Shown here: positions 51,083 to 62,679 of the stretch, piece after piece
How the letters are laid out: each line of letters starts with the position of its first letter
Position numbering within the stretch: position 1 is the first letter of the stretch
NCBI RefSeq assembly: GCF_006345805.1
Contig: NC_042999.1
Span: 134,478,001 to 134,542,000, forward strand
DNA from: Octopus sinensis
Lineage: Eukaryota
Length of the DNA stretch: 64,000 bases
Direction of reading: 5' to 3'
Notes under the pieces: generated by a model
Databases searched by the model: none
Seen by the model: only the letters and a program-made list of their open reading frames with translations
Told to the model about the DNA's origin: nothing
Position numbers and translations under genes: made by a program

Positions 51083-51212
51083 TTATCTATTTATCTATCT
51101 ATCTATCTATCTACCTGTCTTTCTGACTGTCTGTCTGTAAGTATGAATGTATGTATGTACGTACGTACGTGTGTGTGTGTGTGTGTGTGTGCGTACGTGC
51201 GTGCGTGCGTCG

Positions 51213-51284
<72 letters not shown>

Positions 51285-51289
51285 TGTAT

Positions 51290-51582
51290 GCGCGTAGCTT
51301 AGCGGTTAGGATATTCAGATCACGGTCGTAAGGTCGATTCCTAGCGATGCGTTGAGCAAGGCATATTATTTCACATTGCTCCAGTCTATTCAGCTGAAAA
51401 AAACATGAGTTGTACCTGTATTACAAAGGGGACATCTCTGTCACATTCTGAATCCTTGAGATCTACATCAAGGGTGCGCGGGTCTGTGGAGTTCTCAGCC
51501 ACTTGCACGTTAATTTAATAAGCAGGCTGTTCCGGATGATCGGATCAACTGGAACCCCGCGTCGTCGTAACCGACGGAATGC
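51290..51582 (+). mobile_element. SINE family C, diverged
   Basis: TAGCTTAGCGG A box, GGTCGATTCC B box, shared central and tail blocks. Confidence 0.8.
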
Positions 51583-51718
51583 AATTCATGCATGAGTGTG
51601 CATGAGTGTGCATGTGTGTACATGCAAACACAAACATACACACATACACTAAGAAGATATCTGTAACTTTGCTTTATATATTTAGTTCATTTCCCGTTTG
51701 TAACATCGAACTAATATT

Positions 51719-52098
51719 CTCTTTTACTCTTTTACTTGTTTCAGTCATTTGACAGCAGCCATACTGGAGCACCGCCTTTAGTCGAGCAAATCGACCCCGG
51801 AACTTATTCTTTGTAAGCCCAGTACTTATTCTATCGGTCTCTTTTGCCAAACCGCTAAGTAACGGGGACGTAAACACATCAGCATCGGTTGTCGAGCAAT
51901 GCTAGGGGACAAACACAGACACTCAAACACACACACATACATATATATACATAAATACGACAGGCTTCTTTCAGTTTCCGTCTACTAAATCCACTCACAA
52001 GGCATTGGTCGGCCCGGGGCTATAGTAGAAGACACTTGCCCAAGATGCCACGCAATGGGACTGAACCCGGAATCATGTGGTTGGTTAGCAAGCTACTT
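51719..52098 (-). mobile_element. SINE family A, 3' portion (split by the Tx1 insertion)
   Basis: B box, CORE and tail present; head continues at 57536-57573. Confidence 0.92.
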
Positions 52099-52325
52099 TA
52101 TTTCATATAATTTGCCATTTAGGCATTTACAAAGAGGGGACAAACAAGGACAGACAAATATAAAGGGTGAAGTAGCTTAACACAGTTACAATTTTCGAAT
52201 GAAATTACGGATAAGATTATAAACAATGAATTTTACGAAGGCAATGTTTTAAAATATTAATGATCATGTCGAAGGACGGACACCCAGCCATCCGGGTAAA
52301 CCTTTACTTTCTGATCCGGTCACAC

Positions 52326-55300
52326 TTACCTGGTGCCAAACATACCCATCTTGTATGCCACAGGCTTCCATCTTTTCGCAAACATATCTCGTGACAGACA
52401 CCTCTTCTCCAGCCTGATTTTGCTACTGAGGTGGTAACTAAAAAAGTTAATCAACCCCTGGCCGGAGACAAAGGTGCCTGTCACTATACCTTTCGTACGC
52501 GTCTTCCATACTGTTTCTTTCAGTATGGCTACTACACAGAAAAAACAAGCCTTTCTTTCCCTGTTAAGGAAAGGGGGCGGCACAGTCTCGATGATAGACT
52601 CAGCTGATAGCTGTACTCTTCCCATCACTGACAACAGTTGTTCAACAAAAGCTATCAGTCCCGATAACTCCGGACACTCCACGAATGCGTGCAAGACGGT
52701 CTCCCTATCCTGCTCACATTGCGGGCATGTCGGCGAGACGGCACTACCGTGCCTTGACAGCTTGTCGCGAACAGGTAAGCCGCACGGAAACACTGCCAGG
52801 CCAGGGATTTCTGGTAATTATCCAGATACCCCGGCCCGAACGTCCTCCGGAACAGGTTGACCAACTGATTTTCATCGTAGCCCAGGGTCTCCCCCAAGGC
52901 GTCTTCGGACTTAATCTCCACTAACCCACTATAGAAATCCGTGGTGGAACTCCTGTTGCCGGCGTTGCCCACCCGAGATAGTAGCTGGAGCGCCTGACGG
53001 CACTCCAAATGCCATTCACTCAGTTTAGGTCTCCGCTTGATCCATGCACCGATGTCCGTTAGGGATGTTAACTGGGGAAGGTAGAACCGGACGTGCAGTG
53101 ACCACACCTGCTCTCCATCCAGGTAAAGCCAGAGGTGCCTCAACCTTAACGCGAGTTTTCGCATCCTCAGCCAAAGCATCCCTAGCCCACCCTTTAGCGG
53201 TTTCTGGCAGCAGACAGAGCGCTTTACAAGTGGCTTTCCTCCTTTCCACAAAAATCGGAAAAGGATTCTCTCCAACTTGTTCAGCCACAAATCGGGGCAA
53301 GGCACCACGGTCAGACGGTAGGTGATTACTGATGCTATAAACATCTGCACCACATCCGCCTTCCCTAGCAGGGATAACGCCCGCCCAGACCAGGTCTGGG
53401 TTAGAGCGGTCACCTTGTTGGCCACCTCACTCCAATTTTTCTCAATCTGGAGGTCTGGCCCGAACCAGACTCCGAGCAGCTTAACAGGACCTTCCGTCCA
53501 ACGCCCTACGACGTTATTGGACGGCATCGGCTTGCCCCTCCAGGTGCCGAGTTGCAAACCGACCGACTTGTCCTTGTTAACCTTTGCTCCTGCCACCGCC
53601 TCGTAGCTTTTGATGGCCTCTTCCACCACTGGAAGCTGGCCTTCGTCTGCCACGATGATGGAGGTGTCATCCGCATACGCCGTAGCTCCTCTTCCACACC
53701 ATAGATCATGCGGCGCGCCCACTAGTGCCTCCAACTTCCGCAGCAAAGGCTCAAGAGCCAATACGTATAGGAGCGAGGACAGGGGACACCCTTGACGAAC
53801 TGAACGCTCGATCCTGAACGGCTTCGAAAAGGAACCGTTCACTTTGACTACAGACTCGATGTCGCTATACAAAGCAGCGATCCAACCTGAAAAGGTCGGG
53901 CCTAGGCCAGCCTCTCCGAGGACCGCCGCCAGGTACCAATGGTCGACCCTATCAAATGCTTTGGACTGGTCTAAATGTACCAGTGCTCCCCCTGCGCCAG
54001 AAAGCTTCCCCACCCTCTCTAAGGAGTAGCGTATAAGGTGGAGATTGTCGTGGATCGTTCTGCCGGGGATAGCGCACGTTTGCGCTTCCCCGACAAGTTT
54101 GTCCACGACCCGCGCCAACCTTTTTGCTAGCACCTTGGCCAGAATCTTTAACTCTGTGTTTAACAGAGTTATGGGCCTGAAGTTCCCTATCTCGTCCCCC
54201 TTGTTCGGATCCTTCCTGATCAACGTCACCGCCCCCCGGCTCGCAGACTTGGGAATTCTCCCATTCTGCTGCCAGTTGACGTAGACGCTAGCCAGCAGGT
54301 GCCCGAACAAGTCTGGCATACTTCTATAAAATTCATAGGGCAGACCATCGAGACCCGGCGACTTCTCCCCGGGGCACTTGCCCAACACCTCGATTACTTC
54401 CTCGGCTGTGATTGGCCCTTCACAGCACTCAGCCTCTCGTGTCGAGAGGCGCGGGCCACCAGACAGGAAGTCCCTAAGGGCCTCACCATGATCCAGCGTC
54501 CCGCACCTCCCGAACAACTCGGCGAAGTGCTTGTGAAGTGCCTCACACATCTCGTCCCGCTTCTTGATCGTGCATCCGTTTTCATCAACAAGAGACCCAA
54601 TTGTGGCATCGTTTCCACGCTGTGTTTCTATCGTACGGGCCCATCCGGCAACATTAGTTCCCTCACGGCCCAATGCTCGTTCTTTAGCCCGGACTCTACA
54701 TCCCTCATGTTTGGTTTTGAGGTAACGGTCTAATGCCGTTTTCGCCGCTAAAATGTGAGATGCAGAGCCCAACCTCAACGCCTCCTCTAAGTTCTTAACT
54801 AGTTGCCCTTCTATTCTAGCCCTATCTAGTCGTAGTTGTTTACTAAATCTAATGGACTCGAATCGAATGGATCTTTTGAGGGTGAACCACCACCGGTTAT
54901 TAACCACGGCTCCGGTTAACGCCCTCTGCACTAACACCTTAATCCGGCTACGGTATGCCTCGCGTGTCAAAATAGACTTGTTCAGCTTCCAGTAGCCGGT
55001 TCCTATCTTAAGTGTGCTATCTATGTCCAGTCTACACGTGACCATTCTATGGTCAGTATAGGGCACCTGGACGAGCTGTGGACAACTAAAACTAGACTTA
55101 TCTCTAGTTCTTATCACTATCCTGTCTAGATAAGACTTGAACCTTCCGTCGCCACTCATCCAGGTCCACTCTGGGACGTTCGGATGGTCAAGTCTGTAAC
55201 GATCTGCTAGCTGAAACCGCTTAAGCAGATCCACGAGACGTGAGTTCACTTTCCTATAGATCGAGCCAACGCTATCGATGTGTACGTCAACGATAGCATT

Positions 55301-55726
55301 AAAGTCCCCTAATATCACTAAAGTCTTCGACGTCACGAGAAAGCCCTCTAGGCGCCGATAAAAATCAGTTTGGAAACCTCTAGCACAAGGTGCATAGAGT
55401 CCGATCAACCTGAAGGCCTTACTGCTGTATGTCATATCAAGGTCGACCAGCCCACCTTCTGGGTCTACATAGACTGTACTTGTCTGTAGAGCCAAGTCTT
55501 TACGGATCAGTACCACTACGCCCCCTCGCCCTCCGGTCTGGCCAGGAGACATGATTTTCTCGTAGCCATTCAGGAGAGGCGAGAAGGTTTGTAGGCTGTC
55601 CAGCTTGGTCTCTGTAGCAACCATCACATGTATATCATGTGATCTGAGGTCGTCGAGGAAACAAGCCTGCTTCCACTTCGAACTCAGACCACGCACATTT
55701 AAACAACCAAGGTTAAGCGAAGCCAT
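52326..55726 (-). CDS. ORF2: APE endonuclease + reverse transcriptase + C-terminal CCHC (one 1-nt frameshift near 52777)
   Basis: 1023-aa ORF 55726-52655 contains LNVRGL, ETKL, GDFN, LDRI, TDHR, GYWKLN, SPGLDGLP, FRPITLLN, QGCPLS and YADD. It continues in frame 52793-52326 (LPVRDKL..CPQC..ETVLHAFVEC). Restoring one base gives about 1133 aa. Confidence 0.93.
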
Positions 55727-55743
55727 TACAAAAAGTAAAAGTT

Positions 55744-57146
55744 CTACTTACATTTCGTTGGAGAGGTGGGGGCCGACCTCACCACACGTTTGTGGGCCCC
55801 TTCTTTCTCCTCTTTCTTCAGATAGTCCGGCAAGTTCGCGACATGCCGGATGGCGTTTGTGTGTCTGTCTTTTAATTGTTTGAACGTTGTTTCCGCAATC
55901 CACGCGTGTCTATTTCGATCTTTGTATTTGTTGTACAGTCTTGCTGACTGATGCTGAACCACAATATCGTTTATGTATTTGTCTTGTGTGTCGAATTCAA
56001 TTAATATGAGTTCATTTTCTTTTTTGTCTTCTTTTTCTGGGCCAGTTGAGCGGGATTTTTTTTTCCGTGTCTGTGGTGTGTCTTTGTTTTTATTATTTTT
56101 TGTAGGGGATGTGGACGGGGATGCTGCACGAATTCTTTTACGAACTGGTGTAAATCCCCCCTCTGATACCTCCATGGTATCGTCTGGGGTAGCAATAGTT
56201 TGTTCGGTAGGCGCCGCAGTTTTTAGGGGGGTGGGAGGTTTTAATAGTGTAGGGGTTTGTGAGTGCGAGGGCTGGTTTTTTCTTCAGTCTGTTTTGGGGT
56301 TGGCACCGTAACAGCAGGAGTGGGATTTTTTGTTTTTGTAGGGGTAGGTGTGTTTGCAAGGGTAGGGACTTTTTTATTATCTGAGGGGCCTGGTGTCTGC
56401 GGTTTCTTTTGCTTGTCTGGACAGTCTACACGAATGTGGCCCTTTTTGCCGCAGGCGTAACAGGTGGGTTTTCGGCCTTCGACCTGTACCCTGAGGGCTA
56501 CGTTCTCGCCCACGAGCACCCTCTCAGGAAGGAGCTGTAGGTCCTCCGCTGTTCCTTGAATTAATATATTAATGTTACGCCCGAGCCAAAATCGAGGGGT
56601 AGAGCATGTTACTTCTAGTATTTTTATTTTGTCCGCCCTTTTATATAATAGGGCGGCCACTACCTCTACCGGATCTACTTCCGGCGGGGCTTCTACAATC
56701 CTGACCCGGGACGACCTGCGTCCCCTATAGCTTGGAAAAAGTACCACCTCCTTGGTTTTTAGGGGGTTTACAGAATGCCCGCGGGCCATTTCTTCCCCCG
56801 AGAAGCGGACATCCACAGTGCCATATGCCCGTCCCCTGGCGACGTACACGATGTCCTTCCAAATCGGGGACAGGCATTTCTCGATGGTACTTTTTTCAAA
56901 GTGTTTGAACCTTCTGCTTTGTGGACAGAAAGTTTTAAACACTACGGTCCGCTTCTCGGTCTCTACGATACTGGCGGAGGGTGATATTTTAACATCACCA
57001 CCCTCCTCTTGCATTTTTTTAAATAGCTCGACGAGCTGGTTGACATCGATGTCAATTTTCTCGGTAGCCACTGCGGCTACCTCAGAAAATTTTTTAACAT
57101 TGCTCTCCTCAAGAGCACTACTTTCGTGAAAAATTTCAACAGACAT
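55744..57146 (-). CDS. ORF1: Gag-like nucleic-acid-binding protein with CCHC zinc knuckle (one 1-nt frameshift in the A6 run at 56276-56281)
   Basis: Likely ATG at 57146 (MSVEIF); CYACGKKGHIRVDC knuckle and a P/T/K-rich linker. Adding one A opens the frame through the 143-aa ORF 56175-55744, giving about 467 aa. Confidence 0.85.
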
Positions 57147-57535
57147 TATTCTGTTGAAATTAGACAACACAAAAATTACGAGTATTGGTTTCCCACAAAA
57201 CTGGGAAACCTATAGAAAGTTTTTCTTCCAAAGTAGTTCAAAAAAGCAGTTCAAAAATTCCAATTCCCACCCCCATTCGGGGGAGGGGCACGAAAATAGT
57301 CTGGCAGGACTATGTATAGTCACGTAAATAAAAAGCCACAGTGGCTAACAGTTCAACGGTAAGAAATTATTCAATTATTTCCCGGTAAAATCGGAGAACA
57401 AGACAGTTCAGCAACGTTTAAAGGCAAATTTTCAGTAGTAGGAATTCAACAATTAACAACACAGCAAAACTCTTACCGGGAAAAAAACGCGTCCAAACCG
57501 TAGTACGGTAGGCAAAGTCACTCTTCTGTCAGTGA

Positions 57536-57573
57536 GGTTAGCAAGCTACTTACCACACAGCCACTCCTGCGCC
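57536..57573 (-). mobile_element. SINE family A 5' head (A box), displaced by the Tx1 insertion
   Basis: GGCGCAGGAGTGGCTGTGTGGTAAGTAGCTTGCTAACC on minus. Confidence 0.9.
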
Positions 57574-57836
57574 TAAATATGCATGCATATTTACATATAG
57601 AACTTATGTACACAGATGGGTATTGAACTCAATATATAAAGTAGGATTAAAGATGTTATCTTCTGGTCTATGAAGCTAAATAGATATTTCAAGTTTTAAC
57701 AGGTTCACAACAAAAGACTTGTCAAAGTTTCTGAAGTGGTTTCAAACATTGGGTCACTTATATAGCATTACAGTTGATGTGTGTGTGTGTGTGTGTTTAT
57801 GTATACGTATGCATGTACGTATGTATGTATATAAAT

Positions 57837-57905
<69 letters not shown>

Positions 57906-57974
57906 CAGATAGATAGATAGATAGATAGATGAAATTTCGATTCACTAACTGGCCGTGCAAAACACTTCATTTCT

Positions 57975-59295
57975 TGGGCAGAGGTGACGAATGCCTACAT
58001 CGCCTCTGTTATTATTTATTGTCTGACCGTTGTGCCTTGCCCCAGTTACTGCTTGATTAGATTGGATGGTATCCTGTTTATTTTCCTGTTGAAGGGACTC
58101 TTTCCAATGGTCAGGTGGTCAGTCTGCTGCTAACTCCTTCTGCGTGGCGGCTTAGGCATGCAATAGTTTTTGATACGCAACATGCACTCCGTTTGCGCCA
58201 CCTGCAACAATTTCTAGAAGGTGAACGTGTACTGACTCCGTTTGTGAGACACGCCTTCCGCAGCTCGTCTCCTTGACGGAACTACAGTCTTGGATGAAGG
58301 ATAGGCCGAGACTGGGCGCCTGGCACTTAGAATGTCCTCTACAAGTCGGGCAATAGGATCGGTGAATGCTCCACTTTAGCTATATATATATATATATACG
58401 CGGAAGTGCGACGACGTCCTAAGGGAGACCCTAGGCGTCAAGAGGAACTGACAAGTTTATTCCGGAGGACTTTCCGGTCGGGGACTATTATGGAAAATTT
58501 CTAGATGTCTTTGGCCTGGCAGTGCTACAGGGGTGAAGGCGCTACCGGTTCAAGTTAACTCTACAGGCACGGACGTGCTGTCAGACAGGCTTGAGCGAGG
58601 TGCTCGCAGAGCGACGAAACCGTTCTACATGCACTCGTTCAGTGTTCGGGCATTGCTGACTTGTAGAATTGTGTCGAACAGCTGTGGGACGGATCCGTCA
58701 GTCAGCCGAGTCGATAATGATGATTGCCCCGCCACCCTCTTTTAGTCGGGCAGGGCAAGGCAGTTTTCCTTTGTTTGGTGGGTGTGGCGAAAGAGGTTTT
58801 CTGGTTGTCGAAGCCGAAAGGAATGACGACAGAAACACTCCTCTTTGGTAAAGCCCTCGTGGAGTTTTTCAAGTTTCACTTGAAAAGAAAATGAGGGCGG
58901 AGAGGGAGTTACTGTCCACGAGTGAATTTATGAAAAGGTGGGTGAAAATTGTGAAAAAGGCAAGAGTGGATGGTACCACTCTCAGTGTAGACCTGTGAAT
59001 CGGAAAAAAGAAGTTGGAGAGGGCTCGTGTCCTTGGTATTCAGGGTGATCTTGGATGGTGGGGTTCCTCGAATATCCCCAGGAGTCCTCCTGTATCAGGA
59101 GGGGACCCATTACTATCACTTTTTCCTTCCCTCTTCTTCTAGTGTTGTTTACTAAGTATACTTCCCTTCTAATGTATACCGTGTACACTTTTTATATTTT
59201 ATTTTATCATACCATCATATGTAAACTCCTGCACATTATGTCTGTCTTTGTATTGTCCCCCCTCATCTTTTGCCCTGGTGGCAAATAAAAGAAAT
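57975..59295 (+). mobile_element. Decayed 5'-truncated Tx1-clade LINE (third subfamily)
   Basis: AEVTNAYIASVI.Y.LTVVPCP, GGLGM, SLAWQCYRG..LPV, KRWVKI; 3' end TGCCCTGGTGGCAAATAAAAGAAAT; (TA)n inserted at about 58378-58398. Confidence 0.85.
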
Positions 59296-59324
59296 CCTCA
59301 ACATCATCATCATCATCATCATCA

Positions 59325-59379
<55 letters not shown>

Positions 59380-59983
59380 TTCATTATTGTTATTGTTGTT
59401 GTTGTTGTTGTTATTATTATTATTATTATTGTTGTTGTTGTTGTTGTTGTTATTTATCCCGCAGTCGATCCATGCCTTGTGACTGATAATAGATCGACGT
59501 TAATTGCATTAAGCACGTCTACGTGACCAGCCTCCTTATGCACTGTATCACGCTCATTCAGACAGAGAATATACAATGTCAAGAGTAAGACGTAGCCGCG
59601 GAATACACAGCCACTTCTCCACTTCCATTATAATTCAATGAGTAGGCAATTTAGCTTTTCGAATAACTTTAATCTCCGCCGCCCGGAAAGTCTTACTTTA
59701 ATACAACGTGTTAGACCTAATCAAAGAGAACACGTGTGAAATGAAAGAAGATTTCTATTGCTATTCATTCTGACTTGTATAATTCAGATTTACGATATTG
59801 AAGTGTTTTCAGCTGTTTAGGTTGACACTGAGTACGAATGTGTATGTGCCTGTGCTTGTTAATATGAATATATATATATGTGTCTGTGCTTCTTAATATG
59901 AATATGTATGTATTTATGTTTGTTAATATCTATGTATCTATTGATTTATTCGTATCTGTGTATACGTTAGTTTCTTTTTGTAT

Positions 59984-60021
<38 letters not shown>

Positions 60022-60138
60022 TGTGTGTGTGCGTGTGTTATTTTTTATTTATTTATTTATTTTTGTTTTTTGTTTCTCTATGTGTCTGTGATTTGTTGAA
60101 ACAATTATAAAATATATTAGAAACAATAAACGCGCACA

Positions 60139-60235
<97 letters not shown>

Positions 60236-60419
60236 TATATGTATTTGTATGTATGTGTAAAAATATGTATATATTTATATGTATATATATTTATATAGAT
60301 ACACACACACACACATATGTGTATATATTTATATATATATACACATATACATATATTTATATATACACATATACAAATGAACATATAACAATGCTAAAGG
60401 CCTTATTAACACGATTCAA

Positions 60420-60770
60420 GCATACAAACCCCAGAACAAACTACATATGGCCAATGTAATCTATAAATTTGACTGTAAAACTGGAGGTTGCAAACTTCAA
60501 GACTTTAGCCTTTACACTGGACATACTTGTACAGCACTCTCTTTAGGCTCACCGTGTAATTATAACACAGAAAGACAGAGCTATTACAAAACATTATACG
60601 AAACACCACGAAAGAAAATTAGATATGAAACTACTCAGAGAAAATTCATACATACCCAATAAAATTCTTCACAAAAATATATTAATAATCGAAACCATAT
60701 TCATATCGTCACAGAATGCCAAAATCAATATGCAAGCTGGACACTAATCGAAAAATTATCGCTTGAGTAT
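60420..60770 (+). pseudogene. Decayed PLE GIY-YIG endonuclease remnant
   Basis: [25 protein letters not shown] and downstream L.I.E.I.I....P.IN.Q-like motifs. Confidence 0.6.
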
Positions 60771-61100
60771 TGATATAAAAATCTAACGGTCTAAACTGCG
60801 ACCACGACAGCCAATAAATCAGCCTGTTACTAATGGTCAGAAAGCCTTTGGTAGGAAAATCTACATGAACTGGACTAGTGTATAAGAAATAACAGAGACA
60901 CTCAATATATTCAATTCTTGAAAATGAGACTGTGAAGGTTTGGAAAGGTCGAATATGAATTTAGAAATTTTATTGTTCAAAACCGACTGATTAAAAACAA
61001 AACAAAAAAAAACTAATAAAAAATACGAAAAATCTAAAATATGAAAGATAAAACTTGGATACAGTTGTGTATTCAATAAAACATTTATATAATTGCATGC

Positions 61101-61240
61101 AGGCACAGGCGTGGCTGTGTGGTAAGAAGCTTACTTCCCAACTACACATAGTTCCGGGTTTAGCTCCGCTGCGTGACATCTTAGGCAAGTGTCTTCTCCT
61201 ATAGCCTCGGGACGACCAAAACCATCTGAATGGATTTGCA
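61101..61240 (+). mobile_element. SINE family A, 5' half
   Basis: GGCACAGGCGTGGCTGTGTGGTAAGAAGC head, CORE. Confidence 0.85.
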
Positions 61241-61241
61241 C

Positions 61242-61329
<88 letters not shown>

Positions 61330-61331
61330 TA

Positions 61332-61424
<93 letters not shown>

Positions 61425-62069
61425 AGTGGCTTCTTTCACTTTCTTTCTACCAAATCCACACACACTTCCTCTTTCTCCTTTACTCTCTCTCTCTCTCTCG
61501 TTGCTCACACGTGACCATCGCCCATCTATCTTTTCCTCGCGTGGTCATCTTTCTTTTCCTTCTTGTCTGTCTCCTCCTCTATCTTTTCTCTTGTCAAAGG
61601 CAATATTCCATTCCTCCAGCGTTCGCTACCTTACCTCGTCTGGCCTAACGGGAGCAACTGCCTTTTCGAAGCTTCATATTGTCGTTAATTGCTCGAAATG
61701 AGGAGTAGATGGACAGCCGATAATTGATGAAAGGTCGTTTTTTATGTTACTTGTCTTGTTTTCCATTTGTTTCTCTCACTGTTTGCATACCAAAGCTTGT
61801 CTTCGTATTTTATGTTGTTTTCGTATCTCGTATTTCATGTTGTTTACGTTTTGTGACGTCCTGTACCTATAGATGCATATATATATATACATATGTATGT
61901 ACATATATGTACGTTTATATGCACATATATATTTTTTTAATTTATATTATATATATATATATATATTTATAAATGAGGGTGAAAAATTTGATATTAATTT
62001 AATAATACCATCAGTTTAACACCAAGTGGCTTAGCACAGAAAACCAGGGAGATAATACAAATTTATACA

Positions 62070-62345
62070 TAAATTATAAGAGAGTTACCACTATGTGGTT
62101 ATTTCTAGTGCTAAAAATAGCTCCGATTACTGGTATAGCCACAGAAAGTTGTTTCCAAGAAGAAATAACATTACATTTAACGGAAGGAAAGTGAAATATA
62201 ACGAAAAAATATTTTTTCGTTATATTTCACTTTCCTTCCATTAACGTAATGTTATTTCTTCTTGGAAACAACTTTCTGTGGCTATACCAGTAATCGGAGC
62301 TATTTTTAGCACAAGAGCTAACCACATAGTGGTAACTCTCTTATA

Positions 62346-62350
<5 letters not shown>
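62070..62350. repeat. 281-bp near-perfect palindrome with no spacer
   Basis: Centre ACGAAAAAAT|ATTTTTTCGT at 62210/62211; arms differ only in a few short patches. Confidence 0.92.
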
Positions 62351-62387
<37 letters not shown>

Positions 62388-62572
62388 TAAGCAATAAGGG
62401 TTTAGCAACGAATTGCCTTACCACATACCGAATTTAGAAATAGCAGTCAAAGGGTTATAGCTATTTCTTCTACTAAAAAGGGAGATCTCAGTAAAAACAG
62501 CAATTGGAAGGCTGACACAAACAGGTAAGAGAGAATGAATTAACTGCAATCTATCAAACATTTTTAAAGTTA

Positions 62573-62679
62573 TCTACGGACGTACGTTTCGAAATCAAGT
62601 TTTTAGGAAAGCATAAGAATTAAATATTAAATATTAAATAATTCTATCTTACCGAAACTTCTTTTCTCTTCAGCGTAGA
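62573..62679 (-). ncRNA. Canonical type I hammerhead ribozyme, unit 1
   Basis: Minus: TCTACG-CTGAAGA-GAAA..AAGTTT...AAACTT..TTTC-GAAA-CGTACG-TC-CGTAGA; 6-bp stem I, G10.1-C11.1 pair, GUC cleavage site. Confidence 0.9.

Larger units (their letters stand above)
52099..57535 (-). mobile_element. Full-length Tx1/L1-clade non-LTR retrotransposon (5437 bp), 16-bp TSD
   Basis: TSD GGTTAGCAAGCTACTT at 52083-52098 and 57536-57551; 5' UTR about 57147-57535, ORF1, 17-nt spacer, ORF2, 227-nt 3' UTR ending GAAATA. Confidence 0.95.

Noticed and set aside
56276-56281. Programmed -1 ribosomal frameshift at A AAA AAC in ORF1
   Set aside because: The heptamer is in register with the downstream frame, not the upstream ORF1 frame; a single-A deletion is the simpler explanation.
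52474-57129. Plus-strand ORFs overlapping the Tx1 element
   Set aside because: Antisense shadows of ORF1 and ORF2 codon structure; no motifs.
57840-57975. (GATA)n upstream of the third Tx1 fragment as further evidence of GATA targeting
   Set aside because: Opposite polarity, about 45 bp of unrelated spacer, and a different 3' end and 3' flank.
60914-60954. Hammerhead-like ATTC-TTGAAAA-..-GAAA-GG-TC-GAAT downstream of the GIY-YIG remnant
   Set aside because: Two core substitutions and a poor stem II; position is suggestive but it cannot be called a ribozyme.
755-61972. The majority of ORF-track entries (poly-CV, HT, YI, LS, F/S-rich, E/K-rich peptides; SINE-encoded 60-120 aa ORFs)
   Set aside because: They are translations of microsatellites or SINE bodies, with no domain motifs.
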